From contig NC_068995.1 of assembly GCF_001194135.2 (NCBI RefSeq), positions 50,181,572-50,245,571 of the forward strand: a DNA stretch of 64,000 nucleotides, read 5' to 3'. Of the stretch, positions 1 through 13,289 are shown piece by piece. The translations under genes and the position numbers were made by a program. Numbering within the stretch: position 1 is the stretch's first letter; each line of letters begins with the position of its first letter. This stretch comes from Octopus bimaculoides (Eukaryota). A model generated the notes under the pieces. That model ran no database searches and had not been told where the DNA came from. It saw only the letters and a program-made list of their open reading frames with translations.

Positions 1-1898
1 AGAATCATTAGGAAGTTTGGCAAAGTGCTAAGCAGCATTTCTTCAGGGTTTTTACATTCTTCTGTTCAAATCTCACCATGGCTGACTTTCGTCATTTCGT
101 GTTTGATAAAATAAAGTACCAGCCGAGTACTGGGAGTCAATGTAGTCAACTCCCCGCCACTTTCCCTGCTAAAAATATTTCCGGGTCTTATGCCAAAATT
201 TGACACTGTTATTATCATCATATTAAAAGTTCTATTGCTACAGACTGCAGCATTGGATTCACTTACATCGCATCTGTAATAAAATAACAACAAAAAAGAA
301 AAAAAAAATTAAATCCGTTAGTTGCTCTTATGACCTCCACTTAAATGTTTGTAGAACTAATTTGATTCTTGCTTCCTGTTGGAATATGTAAATATTTTAC
401 AAGGAAGAGCTGAACATTTACCCAATTTACCCTCTGTCTGTTTCTCTCTCTCTCTCTCTCTAAACATAACTTTACTGCATTCGTTGTGAATTTATTCTCA
501 AACTATTTCCTTTCGTTAATTGCCAACTAATTCTCTATAATTAAGTCATAATTACAGCATAATTATGTATGAGTTTTGCAGAACCCATGATCGGTGATGG
601 TTACTGGCAGAATTGTTCTACACAAGTGGTGTCTTTATTCACCATTGTCAACCATGTTGCTGCCGTCACTGCCACCACTGCTATCATTACCATTAACCAT
701 CACCATCACCATCATTGAATCAGCATCACCATCATCATCATCATTGTCATATAACAAAAACCCACTTAAGGCATAATACACAAAACATTTAATTTGAAAA
801 ATGACTACATAGTCACTCGACATGCTAATAATAGCAACCAAACTTCCTTTAAATCATACCACTCTGCAAAAAAAAATGGGAATCCCTTTGATTACAGATC
901 TTCATCATCATCATCATCATCGTCGTTTAACGTCCGCTTTCCATGCTAGCATGGGTTGGACGATTTGACTGAGGACTGGTGAAACCAGATGGCCACACCA
1001 GGCTCCAATCTGATTTGGCAGAGTTTCTACAGCTGGATGCTCTTCCTAACGCCAACCACTCCGAGAGTGTAGTAGGTGCTTATACGTGCCACCAGCATGA
1101 AGGCCAGTAAGGAGGTACTAGCAACAGCCTTGCTCAACATGGTGTATTTTATGTGCCACCTGCACAGGAGCCAGTTCGGAGGCACTGGCAATGATCCACA
1201 GGGAACATCAACACAAGGAAATGAAAAAATACAATAAAAGACAATCAAGACATGAAAGGGGATAGGGTTTGTTGCAGCAGTGAACCGGAACCATGACAGT
1301 CGCTGCCTCTACATGTATGACCACATCTAAACAACCCAGACACATCTACAACACTACTGTAACACTATCCGAGTGTATAAACTTTCCATGTTCAGTCTGG
1401 ACAAACATAAAATTTACCTCACACACACACACACACACACACATGCAGGTGTGGCTGTGGTGAGAAGTTTGCTTCACAACCACATGGTTCCAGGTTCAGT
1501 TCCACAGCATGGTACTTTGGGCGTGTGTCTTTTAGTACAGCTTTGGACAAGCAAATCCTTGTAAGTGGATTTGGTTGGTGGAAACTGAAAGAAGCCTGTC
1601 ATATTTGTGTATGTATTATACATACATACATACATACATCTATATACATACATACATACACATACACACATAGTTAGATTTTGTGGTATCTTTGGAGCAT
1701 TATTATGTCAATAATAAACCCATACAGTAGTTCTATTATTCCTTAATTGCTTTACTACTTAATCAACTAATCAATTATTTGGTCAGTCACTCAATTAGTT
1801 AGGTTTGTCCAAGTCCTTTTCGTTGCCATTCACAACCGTTTCAAAAACAAAAACGAAAGACATACACACTCACACATATATGTATGTTTGTATATATA

Positions 1899-2260
1899 GG
1901 CGTAGGAGTGGCTGTGTGGTAAGTAGCTTGCTTACCAACCACATAGTCCCAGGTTTAGTCCCACAGTGTGGCACCTTGGGCAAGTGTCTTCTTCTATAGC
2001 CTCAGGCCAACCAAAGCCTTGTGAATGAATTTGGTAGACGGAAACTGAAAGAAGCCTGTCGTGTGTGTGTGTGTGTTTGTACCCCCAACATCGCTTGACA
2101 ACTGATGCTGGTGCGTTTACGTCCCTGCAACTTAGCAGTTCAGCAAAATAGACCGATAGAATAAGTACTAAGCTTTCAAAGAATAAGTCCTGGGGTCGAT
2201 TTGCTCAACTAAAGGCCGTGCTCTAGCATGGCCACAGTCAAATGACAAATAATTAAAAGA
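1899..2260 (+). mobile_element. tRNA-derived SINE family A (representative copy)
   Basis: Head GGCGTAGGAGTGGCTGTGTGG (A-box-like) and GGTTTAGTCCC (B-box-like), then CTTGGGCAAGTGTCTT..GGAAACTGAAAGAAGCC, a (GT)n spacer and a 3' module. Other copies at about 1446-1600, 2900-3180, 11905-12200, 20195-20355 (+) and 5828-5960, 31725-31870, 60680-60835 (-). Confidence 0.8.
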
Positions 2261-3711
2261 AAATATATATATATACACACACACACACACAGGCACTATA
2301 CGTATATAATTACTTACATAAATGTGCAGGTGTTTGTGTTAATAGATGATCAAGGATATATAGGCAAGGAAAAGAAAGGGAAAGAGGAAAACACAGTACA
2401 TGTATTTCAGTTATGTATAGTTTAAAGAGATATTTATAGGAAAAAAATATGGAAGGGAAGGGAAGTAATCTAGAAAATTACTTCCGCAGGTCTTAGCTTG
2501 GTAAGATGATTTTGTTGTTGTTTGGCCACAGGTCAGCATTGATCAGGTGTGCATTTGATCAGGTGTGCATTTGATCAAAGTGTTCCAACCATGGCCATCT
2601 TAGGGTATTTTCAAGCCTTGTATATAGGATTACAGTATCTCAGGTAGTCTTATTTAAGATGGTAAGCTATGGCTTGAAGGGAATTTTGCCGCTGTTTATA
2701 GCTGGTCAAACAACCACAGAGAAAGATTATGAAAGAGGAGGAATGATAAATGTTGGTGAGATAGCAACAGAAAAGGGGGGGGGGAACTAGTTTGAGGAAC
2801 CAAGTCTTGGTGTGCACCACATACCAAAAAAAAAACTGTTACCATATTTAATGCCAGATACGATGCATTTTTATTTTTAAAAAATCTCACAAAATTCATG
2901 GGTGCAGACATGGGTGTATGGTAAGAAGCTCGCTTCCCAACTACATGGTTCCATGTTCAGTCCCACTGCATGGTACCTTGGACAAGTGTCTTCTACTATA
3001 TCCTTGGATTGACCAAAACCTTGTGAGTGGATTCGGTAGATGAAAACTGAAAGCCTGTGATATATATAAATGTGTGTGTGTATGTGTGTCTCTGTCCCCC
3101 ACCACTGCTTGACATTGGTGTGTTTATGTCCCTGTAACTTAGCGGTTCGGCAAAAGAGACCAATAGAATAAGTACTAACCTTGTGATTGCATTTGGTAGA
3201 CAAACTGAAAGAAACCCATTGTACACACACACACGCACATATGCCGTTGCCAGTACTGCCTGACAGGCCTTCGTGCCGGTGGCACATAAAAGCACCCACT
3301 ACACTCTCAGAGTGGTTGGCGTTAGGAAGGGCATCCAGCTGTAGAAATTCTGCCAGACCAGACTGGAGCCTGGTGAAGCCATCTGGTTCACCAGTCCTCA
3401 GTCAAATCGTCCAACCCATGCTAGCATGGAAAACGGACGTTAAACGATAATGATGATGTATGTATATATATATCTACATGTGTGTGTCTTTGAGTATGTG
3501 TTTGTCCCCCACCATCACTGCTTGACAACCGGTGCTGGTGTGTTTACGTTCCTGTAACTTAGCATGGAGCAAAGAATAAATAGATTCAATATCTTAAAGA
3601 AATTGTGCATCTACATAGATAATGTAGGCATCTTCTGCTATAGCCTCTCAGGCCAATGACAGCATTGGGAGTGAATCTGATAAATGGAAACTAAAAGAAG
3701 TCCATTAAATA

Positions 3712-3756
<45 letters not shown>

Positions 3757-4728
3757 GTGCATGTGTATTTAACATACATATGTATATACATACACTTTAT
3801 GGTATTCCATAATAATAGTAATGTAAACATATGTGCGTGCGTGCATGTATGTACGTACGTAAGTACATAAATATGTACAAACGGATGTACCCACCTATGT
3901 ATGTAAGCACATACGTAAAGCAAATATACGTGTGTGTGCGTATGTATGTGTGTATGTATGTATGTGTGTATGTATGTATGTACATACATGTATGCATGCA
4001 CACATATTTACTTTATTCTCATTATAGAATTGTAGGGCAAAAGTGAAAGTGTTTTTTTCCTCGGCATATAAAAAATAAAAAAACAAAACGATTTTTCTAG
4101 CCAAAAGTGAAAGTATTTTTCTTAGAAAATAAAGGAAAAATGTTTTTGTGTTTTCCTGAGCAAAAAGTAAAAACTGCATTTATTGTTTTTTTTTCAATAA
4201 AAAGGTTAAATAGATCCAATATCATAAAGTAATTGTTCACATCATGTATCTTTTAGCTTTTACTTGTTTCAATCATTAGACTGTGGCCATGCTGGGGCAC
4301 TGACTTGAAGGACTTTTCGTAGAACGAATCAACCCCAGGACTTAATTTTGTTAAGCCTCATACTTATTCTGTCATCCCTTTTGTTGAACCACTAAGTTGT
4401 GGGACATAAACACACCAGTCAGGCGGTACTGGCAACGGCCACGCTCAAAATGGTGTATTTTACGTGCCACCCGCACAAGAGCCAGTCCAGCGGCTGGGAG
4501 ATTTGGCTACTATTTCTAGCAGGTCATATAATTTACTTCACTCCAACTATTGAGGATCCCTCATTGGTTTGTGAAAGAATGTACAGCATTACATGTCACT
4601 GTACCATATCTTGTAACAGTAAAGAGGAGGAAAAGAAGCAAGGCAAAAGCTAACCAACAAAAAACAAAAAAAAATAGCAGTAATGTAAAAGAAATTAACA
4701 AAAAAAGCAACAAAAATAGAATACCTAC

Positions 4729-5120
4729 TTTTCATAAGGTTCTGGTGGTGGATATAGCTGGACTGTACATTTTAGCTGACCACAGGTCAAAGTCATAACA
4801 TAGGGAGAGAAGATGTCATCGGCAAATCTCTGGAACATCTGCTGGACAGATTTTGTAGAAAGGGCAGCATCAGGGGTATAAATGTCTCCGCCATATCCAT
4901 TAATGTCAATTAACTTTTGAAAGAGCGGCAGAGAAACCCGGAGGTTAGGATCTGAGGGGGGCGCAATGCACATCACATAGAGTTTGCATCTTGTGTTGAA
5001 AGGTAACGGGAAATTTCCTTTCTCACTGTTGTTCTTTGATTCTCTTTTGTGATACTTTTGTAATGAATAGGACAAAGAACCAGGACCAATGCCAGAACAA
5101 CCATCGGTGATTAACAGAAC
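4729..5120 (-). CDS. INTS14: INTS14 coding exon 3 (392 nt)
   Basis: ttttgcag|GTTCTG...GAAAA|gtaggt. The TAG that ends the ORF-track entry lies in the intron. Confidence 0.9.
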
Positions 5121-5305
5121 CTGCAAAACAAATTCAGAAGGAGGGTGAAAATGTTACAGAGGTAAAGGAATTTGTGTTTATACAGATATATATGTGTGTG
5201 TGTATATATATATATTCTCTCTTTCCTTTCCTGAGCGTCCAATAATACTATCCATATCACGTCCTCACTTTGTTGTTTTTTTGTTTTTTTGTTATTGTTT
5301 TTTTG

Positions 5306-5372
<67 letters not shown>

Positions 5373-8300
5373 GCATGATTTTTGGGCCCCACGGAGGCAA
5401 TGACTAGTGACCGAGACCTTTGGCATTGTGCTCTGCTTGAGAGAACCGATCAAGCCAAGTGAAATCGTAGTCATGGCTGATGCTGGTCGCACATAAAAAG
5501 CACCTTTCGAGTGTTAAGCCTCATGGAGACAAAGTGGCTAAGCTCCTTTCAAATGTCTGGCCTCATGGAGGCAATGACCAAAACCATTGGCATTATGTCG
5601 TGCTTGAAAAGAAGACCCATCAAGCCGGGCAAAATTGCAGTCATGGCAGATACAAGTGTCAAGTAAATGGCACCTGTGGCTGTGGCATGTAAAAGCACCC
5701 ATTACACTCTTGGAGTGGTTGGCATTAGGAAGGGCATCCAGCCATAGAAACCTTGCCAAATCAGACTGGAATCTGGTGCAGCCTTCCAGCGTGCCAGCCC
5801 TGGTCAAACTGTCGAACCCATGCCAGCATGGACAGCATCCATCTACCAAATCCACTCTCAAGGCTTTGTTCGGCTCGAGGCTACAGTAGAAGACACTTGC
5901 GCAAGGTGCCATGCAGTGGCTCTGAACCCAGAACCATGTGGTTGGCAAGCAAGCTACTTTGTGCCTATATATTTATTAGAAAGGGCATCCAGCTGTAGAA
6001 ACCATGCCAAATCAAACAAGAGTCTGGTGCAGCCCCACCTCCCAGCTTGCCAGTTCTGGTCACATTGTCCAACCCATGCCAGCATGGACAACAGATGTTA
6101 AATGATGACAATGATGTTGATGATGATGATGAAATACATAATACATGTATAACCTATATATAATATATAAAAGAGACATTCTGTCTGTGTGTTTGTTTGT
6201 TTGTCCTCCAAAATGAAAGTAAGTGGCTTAAGGGAAACTATTATGCTTTTTGTTATCTTATCTTATCTTATATCTTATATATATATACATGAACCGCAAA
6301 AGAAACACAAGCCGTGTGTGACTATGAGATATGTTTTAATTCCATTATGTCAGAGATAAAGTTTGATAAACCTGATAAAGTTCATTTCTTTGAAACACTT
6401 TGACCACAGTCTATGGGTCATTATCATGTGTTTTGAGAGTGGGCGGATCCAGCACATTGAGATTGTAGGGTGCGACATGTTCAATACCGTGTATGCCCCT
6501 CCTTGGGTGTTCAAAACGACCATACACCGTTGGTACATGGAGTGCATGAGGCAGTTCACAAAAGCCAGTGGCACTTATGATCACAGCCTAAGAAAAGCTG
6601 CCTCCATGTCCACACAAGTTGTTGGCCTTGGGACCACCTGGTTCTGATGTTGTGCTGATGCAAGAAGTCCATGGTGACCCTGGCTGGTGGGAGGGAGCAT
6701 TGTCCTGCTGGAAAATGTGGCTATGGTGATGCACGAAGAAGGGCATGATGTAAGGTCTTAAGATCTGGTCAATGTGCTGGGCTGTGATGCCATTCCCTCT
6801 GCCTGCACATTTTGGAACATATGGGGCCTAATTCTCTGATTCAGGCCTACAGCACCTCAAACCATGCTACTTTGGCCACCCCATGCGTCTCTCTCCATGA
6901 CATGTGTCTGTAGTGCTCACCTCTCCTACGCCACACCCTCACTCTGCCATCCAAGGTGGAAACGCAGTACTGACTCTCATCAGGGAAGACTATCAACCTC
7001 CATTGTTGGTGCTGTGTAACCCACTGTAGTCATGCCTGACAGCGGTGGGCAGTGAGGACAGGATGTTGAGCAGGACGGCAGCAACGCAGGTTGTTGGCGG
7101 TCAGTCGACGTCGTACTGTGTCGTTGCTGATGGGTCACTGTCCAGTGCCAATGGTCTCACAAGCTGTCATGCTGACCGGTCTGAAGCGATCATGGAGGTG
7201 TTGCAAGTGAATGGAGTGATCCTGCCTGGGTGTGGTCACCCAGGGGCCCCTCTGAAGGCATGGTCTGCAGTGCTGTTGTTGTTGTAGCACTGTTGTAAGT
7301 GATAGATGGTGCTGACATGGACAGTGAAAGCTTTCGCATCAATCAGGGCACACAGCCCTATTTGCAATCGGCCAATAGCTTGTTCCCTCTATGCTGCTGA
7401 CAATCAGGTCATACCAGATGCGTCCAAATTACAAATGCCAGGAACATGGTTCAAGTTGATTTTTATACCCATAACCTCCACAAGATGCATGTGCATTTTG
7501 GTTTTCGTGACAATTGTTTGCAACTGCCACCCATGCCATTCAACACAGCTGCATTTTGACATCTTGTTTCAGGGAAAGTTGAAAGGTTACCTGCAATTTG
7601 GGTCTCTGCAATAAACCAGCATGTCTTGGAATATTTACACTTACATCCCCAAAATAAATTTTCAGAATTTACCATATAAGAATGACATTTGAAAAAATCA
7701 TGTTTCTTTTGTGGTTCAGTGTATATGAGAGATTCTGTCCATCTGTGTGTTAGTTCATTTGTTTGTCCACCAAAATGAAAGTAAATGGTTCAAGGGAAGC
7801 TACTATGCTTTTTTTTTTATCTCCCGTTATGCTATTACCTAAGATGTCTAGAAAAAAATGGTACAACACTAATTGTACACAAACCTATGAGGAACTGCAT
7901 TGAGGCAAATATTCTCACTGGTTGTGGCAAAGGTGACACCGTCTTCGTTCCTTGCATACCAGTTATACCAGTTTCTGGAGAGATTACATATTTTCTTTGG
8001 TGGCATTTTTTTTCCAACATTGTAAACAAAAAATTATGAACAAAGAATAATACAATAATAGAGAAAGGGAGGGAGATATATACAGAGAGACAGACACATA
8101 TATATACACATACACAATATATATTCAATTAGTTTTACCCAGAAGATAGTTGAAACACTACATCATAACCTTCATAATTTTCTCTTTCTCTATTTTCCAT
8201 TAGGTTAAGTTGGAGTTGGATCAGAGGATGGCCAAGAATTTAGAGAACAACCTAACAAATAAATCGAAAATGACTTCGACCACACAGTCTCAGCTGTGAA

Positions 8301-10260
8301 TCAGTTTTACACGGTCAAGATGAAGGGGGACAACTCCCGTCATCAGAGTGTCAGTGCGAAAACAAGAATTACACAAACGTGTATGTGTTGGCTATGGGCG
8401 GTGATGTTGCTGTAATTTCTCCTATCAATGGGTCAACGATGAATGGAAAAAAGAAATAGTAATAGGAAGTGTGTCCAAGAGTCTGGTGCAGCCCCACAGC
8501 TTAATAGCCCTGGTCAAACCTCTTCTAATGCTAGCATGGAAAATCTTATGTAAAAGGGAATGAAAAAGCTGTCATCATCAATATCTGTACATAAATTTTT
8601 CTACTGTGGCATGGATCTGATGATTAGTGCAGTAATGAGGTTGTGTGATGGTTACACTTGAAGAAACCCATGGAACCTTAGTTAAGATTTTTAGTTAAAT
8701 ACACTAAAACAGACATTTAACATGCAGTTAGTATTAAATGTTTAATTAATATGATAAGAGTCTATTTAGGATAACTCACCTGAGATGTGGCAAAGATACT
8801 CCACTCTTCAGTTATGATTGAATTCACTCCACTCAATGCTGTTTCAATGCAGGTTTTACTATATTCATCCACTTTGTTTAGAACCATTCTTATTTGTTCA
8901 ACATCACGAGTAAATGGCACCAGTTGTTCCCATAAATAAGAAAACACTACCTGAGTGCAAAAAGAAATAAAAAAGATATATTTCTGGGTAAAAAGAAGTT
9001 GCCTTAACTCATCCACAGGGGGCAGCCTGGTATGGTAGGGAATTTTATAGAGAGATAGTGTAGTGTCCCCTTTAATACGATGCTTGTGTGTGTGTTTGTG
9101 TGTCTGTGTTTGTCCCCCCAACATCGCTTGACAAACAATGCTAGTGTGTTTACGTCCCTGTAACTTAGTGGTTCAGCAAAAAAGAGATAGAATAAGTATT
9201 AAGCTTACAAAGAATAAGTCCTGGGGTCAATTTGCTTGACTAAATGGTTATGAAGGTGACTAGGTATATATCCATAGAGAGTCAGATAGTGTTGATGTCT
9301 TCATGGCACTACAAGATATGGTAGGGAGTTTTTAAACAGTATATTATCTTTTCTCTACAATGCCTGGTTCATTGAGAAGGGCTCTTTCTGAGGTGTAATA
9401 GTAAATGAACAGCTGATAATCCTAGGTGCTGTCTGCCAAATTTAAAGGGCATATCCTCTCTGCTAGTTCAGCCTTTGTTGTAGGTACAATAGCATATGAG
9501 CTTAAGACTGTCACTGGCTGTGCGTCTGTTGTCAAAATGGGCAAAGTAAACTAGTCAGCTGGCAATAGGGGAGTAGCAGAGTTGACAACCATGCATTGCT
9601 ATCTCCTGCCACATAGGGTGGCATAGAGTGAGAAAGAGGAATTGATAGAAGATATAGTAATGGAAGAGGGTTAGAGTGATTGGAATGAGACAGTGACAAA
9701 AGAGAGAGAGAGATAGTGTGATAGACTGCTATATTTGATGGTTGTTAGTAAGAAACTTGAATAGAAGCAGACTAAGCAAGGGAGACCTAAAAGTAACTAT
9801 TAAACATCCGAGCCAATCTTCCTGGGTGTTTCCAGCAATTGTGTTTGACACAGGCTGTTTTCCCAGTCTTCTGTGGAAAAAATATTTGGTGATGGGGGAA
9901 ATATTGCTTTGCTTGGAAACAGGTGAGGGTTGTGAAAGGAAGGACAGCCAACCATACAAAAATCATCTGCCTCAATTTTTGCCTGTTCCATAGAAGCATG
10001 GAGAAATAGATAATAGATGATGATGATGTTGAGACATACACACACACTTACACACACATCAGAAAAATAAAAGCTATTGAAACGTAGAAGGATCTTACAA
10101 GAGATGTAAATTCTAATTTACAATTGGTTCCCATATAATCCAGTAAAGTATTAATTCCTTGTATAGCTAGATGTCTCCTCTGTACTTCTTCTGAAAACTC
10201 AGGCAGGTTCACAGGACGGCTCATTGATAATGAGCAATCCAGAAGGATGATCGTTGGCAT
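4729..10260 (-). CDS. INTS14: Integrator complex subunit 14 (VWA9), 5' part; exons 10260-10099, 8950-8780, 5120-4729; gene continues beyond the left edge
   Basis: The spliced translation MPTIILLDCSLSMSRP..EFTSL/VVFSYLWEQLVPFTRD..ATSQ/VLLITDGCSGIGPGSL..YPPPEPYEK matches the remembered human INTS14 VWA N-terminus (MPTVVVMDVSLSMTRP..VVFSSLWELMVPFTRD..VVLVTDGCLGIGRGSL). All junctions are GT-AG, phases 0, 0, 2. No further exon was found in 1-4700. Confidence 0.93.
6153..6265 (+). mobile_element. Helitron-like 5' terminal fragment, copy 1
   Basis: cctatatataatatataaaagagacattctgtctgtgtgtttgtttg...; a diverged direct repeat of 7722-7822, which runs into a Pif1 fragment. Confidence 0.55.
6288..7721 (-). 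mobile_element. Degenerate Tc1-family DNA transposon in an INTS14 intron
   Basis: TIRs CA-TGAACCGCAAAAGAAACA (6288) and TGTTTCTTTTGTGGTTCAGTG (7701-7721), flanked by TA at 6286-87 and 7722-23. A broken minus-strand transposase reads REQAIGRLQ..VHVSTIY..TVRRRL..VFPDESQYC..VWRRRGEH..FQQDNAP..SMYQRC. The segment normally carrying the catalytic E (SPDLNPIE) is deleted. Confidence 0.9.
7722..7970 (+). mobile_element. Helitron-like 5' fragment, copy 2, plus a Pif1 helicase remnant
   Basis: SPVMLL (7820) then NGTTLIVHKPMRNCIEANILTGCGKGDTVFVPCIPVIP, resembling the Helitron Pif1 C-terminal motif PxMLLRNL..LCNGTRL..IEAxILTG..G..VFIPRIPLIP. Confidence 0.72.
8780..8950 (-). CDS. INTS14: INTS14 coding exon 2 (57 codons)
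   Basis: gcactcag|GTAGTG...TCTCAG|gtgagt; open, phase 0-0. Confidence 0.92.
10099..10260 (-). CDS. INTS14: INTS14 coding exon 1 (54 codons)
   Basis: Acceptor tttacag|ctgtcaccATG (exon starts 10268, so a 5'UTR exon lies further right). Donor CTT|gtaaga. Confidence 0.92.
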
Positions 10261-10859
10261 GGTGACAGCTGTAAATTACAAACATAAGGTCAAAAGTTAA
10301 TATAAACAACCAAGATAACTTAATCATTATACATTTTAAAAACACAACAGCAAAAATGCAAATATAGAAATGCTTCCATGTCTAAGATAAATCATACTTG
10401 GATAAGCTGAAGTAGTTGATCTTGATAGTAAGCAACATTAAATCGATATCCTTCTGCTTGTGTGGATAGATTTTAGACCACCTTCTGACTGTGTCACTAG
10501 ATCTCACAATTTACGTCATCATCGTCGTTTAATGTCCGCTTCCCATGCTAGCATGGGTTAGACGATTCGACTGAGGACTGGTGAAACCAGATGGCTACAC
10601 CAGGCTCCAATCTGATTTGGCAGAGTGTCTACAGCTGGATGCCTTTCCTAACGCCAACCACTCCAAGAGTGTAGTGGGTGCTTTTACGTGCCACCGGCAC
10701 GAAGGCCAGTCAGGCAGTACTGACAACGGCCATGCTCAAAATGGTGTATTTTACGTGCCACCTGCACAGGAGCCAGTTCGGCAGCACTGGAAACGATCTC
10801 GCTCGAATGTCTTTACACATGCCATCTGGCACAAGTGCCAGGAGGGCGATGCCTCTCAT

Positions 10860-11195
10860 ATGCCTAATGCTAGTGAATTATAAAAGCCGTCTCTGCTTTA
10901 GCTCGAGGAATATTGGTATCAGATTTCTGTAGATGTTACAAAGTGTTGAATATGATCTCCTACTGATGTTTTGTATCTTTCTGAGCAGGTCGGTATATGT
11001 TCCATCAAGTTGTTTTTCTAAGAGAGCCGATAAGGTCCAAGTCTCTGATCCTTAGAGAAGGACCGGCTCAATCAGTGTTTCTAAATATTTTAACTTTTAA
11101 CGTGAGCAGAAGGCTTGAGTGCCAGATCTTATCAAGCCTGTTACATGCATCCCGAGCAAGAGCTTTGCGGATGCGAAAGTCCCTTTGGGAGTCTA
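10860..11195 (-). mobile_element. RTE-like LINE fragment (post-RT region)
   Basis: DFRIRKALARDACNRLDKIWHS..LKVKIF/TLIEPVLL*GSETWTLS..LDGTYTDLLR, with a frameshift and a stop. Confidence 0.75.
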
Positions 11196-12276
11196 CTATG
11201 TATGATATCTGGAATCGTCAACGTTTTTGATTGATATATTATTGAGACAATTAAAACAGGTGGGTCGGGGTAAATGATGCAATAATCGCCAGTGTGGCAC
11301 AACTACCGTTGACAGAAAATAGAATTAATTTATAGGATTCAAACTGAATGACATGAATTTGTGTTGCAAGATTCCTGATGTGAAGTCGTGTGTTGAAACA
11401 GATATTGTTGTATTTCGGTTATGTCATTTTTTTTCTTCCAAATAAACACTCGCACTGTATATTCGTTCTTCACTCGTTTATTACTGTTCTTATTCTCATT
11501 CATTGTCCGGAAATCTTTCGTCACACATCTGAGACCTCCCAAGCGACACTTTCCGCAGAGCAAGGGCACATACCAAGACGGAAAGTGTCGCTGAGGAGGT
11601 CACAGATGTATGAAGAAAAATTTCCGGACATGAATTAGAATAAGAACAGTAATAAACAAGTGAAGAACGAATATATAGTGCTTGTATCTTTGGGGGGTGG
11701 GGAGACCATCCCGAGATATATGAATAACATGAGTTATCTCCCTTATATATATGTTTTCTTCTATTTTCAATTATTTAAAGTTTGCTTGAAGGGAACGAGC
11801 TGGTTTCTGATAAAGATACAAAGCTCCATCATTGGAATAGAGATAGTAAAAATGTCATATGTTGAACGTAAGCGCGTTTGGTCTTCAATTCCTTGAAAAT
11901 AAATTAATATAGTGTGGCACTTTGGACAAGTTTCTTCGATTATAGTCTCGCGTTGACCAAAGCTTTGAGTGGATTTAGTGGAGGAAACTGAAAGGAGCCC
12001 GTCGTATGTGTGTGTGTTTGTCCACCACCATCGCTTGACAACCGGTGTTAGTGTGTTTACGTCTCCCTAACTTGGCGGTTCGTCAAACGAGATTTTTAAA
12101 AAAATAAGTACTGGGGTCGATTCATTCGACTAAAATTCGTCGAGGCAATGTTTTAGCAAGGCCTAAGTCTAATGGCTGAAACACGTAAAAGATAAAGGAA
12201 TATATATATTTCGTGTTTGTATCTAGTTTGCAATATTCTTTATGTGAATTCGTGCGTTGAAACAAATTTTGTTTTG

Positions 12277-12452
12277 TCTAGAGAGAGTCATTTATGCCAA
12301 TATTATTGACACACACACTAGTTCGATTCCACTCTTTTATTATTAGTCAATTGGTTAAATATCCAGACTAACTAATCGATTGTTTGGTTAAACAGTAAGT
12401 CATTTGTTTTGTTTTTGTTTGTCAATATTGGCATAATGATTCTCCCTAGACA
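12277..12452. repeat. Imperfect inverted repeat (MITE-like)
   Basis: gtctagagagagtcatttatgccaatattattgac ... gtcaatattggcataatgattctccctagac. Related sequence at about 11345-11420 and 32490-32560. Confidence 0.55.
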
Positions 12453-12739
12453 CAACAGCATATATATATGTAGCAAATATTAGATCAAAACGAGATCTTA
12501 TTTTCCTCATTGAAAAAAAAAATTCCCTGTAATTAATAAAACTGTCACGTATTTTGTTTGAGATATTGAATAAAAGGTGATTTATTTTTTTAATATACGT
12601 GTAATAAATACTTTCTATTTCGTATTCTCGTTATATATACAAGAAATGCATTGTCAATTAATAATCGATTTTAAAAAAGAAATTATCTCTTGTACATCTA
12701 TAAACAGATCGTTCGCACTTAGCCATCAACTGATAATCT

Positions 12740-12960
12740 ATTAATATTTGCTTCAAATTTTGGCACTGGGCCAGCAATTTTTAGAAAGCGGAGAAGTCGA
12801 TCATATCGACCCCAGTGTTCAGCTGGTACTTATTTTATCGACCCTGAAAGATTGAAAGACAAAAACGACCTTCGCAGAATTTGAACTCGGAACATAAAGA
12901 CGTATGAAATGCCACTGAACATTTTGTCCGGTATGCTAATGACTCTACCAGCTCGCCGCC
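12740..12960 (-). mobile_element. tRNA-derived SINE family C (representative copy)
   Basis: Core GGTCGACTTTGCCTTTCATCC..GGGGTCGATAAAATAAGTACCAG with a GTTCAAATTC B-box-like head. Other copies at about 15130-15410, 23080-23210, 30830-31030, 40430-40590, 48990-49160, 50200-50560, 57500-57650, 58520-58700. Confidence 0.78.
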
Positions 12961-13289
12961 TTCCTATTAACTATTAATATTAAATACATGTGAAGTCTAT
13001 TAAATCTATAATCACCAACAACTTTGCACAAGTGTTAAAAGAACACACGCATACACACACATATATATATATATATACACATATATATATATACACACAT
13101 ACACACAAACACGTTTGATGTATAGATTGGAGCAGTACTCAATACATGCGGCAGAGTTTATTTATCTAGGAGATTAATGATTACATACAACGAGGAACTC
13201 TTGAGTAACGACGAAGTGAATTATATATATATGTATATAAAGTTACAAAAATATAATAAATGGTTGGCGTTTAATGAAGTAGTATTACT

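Noticed and set aside
1899-1980. tRNA-like sequences (also about 25495-25560 and other SINE heads)
   Set aside because: A/B-box-like motifs are present, but there is no complete cloverleaf and each runs into SINE body sequence. No tRNA, rRNA or CRISPR array is supported in this window.
3705-4179. Long ORF-track entries rich in YIYI/HTHT/CVCV (also 17823-18637, 31282-31953, 33202-34333, 46773-47322, 53515-54066)
   Set aside because: These are translations of dinucleotide microsatellites or N-gaps, not genes.
8205-8440. CpG-retaining, coding-looking patch in an INTS14 intron
   Set aside because: All frames close quickly and no motif was recognised; probably an unidentified TE fragment.
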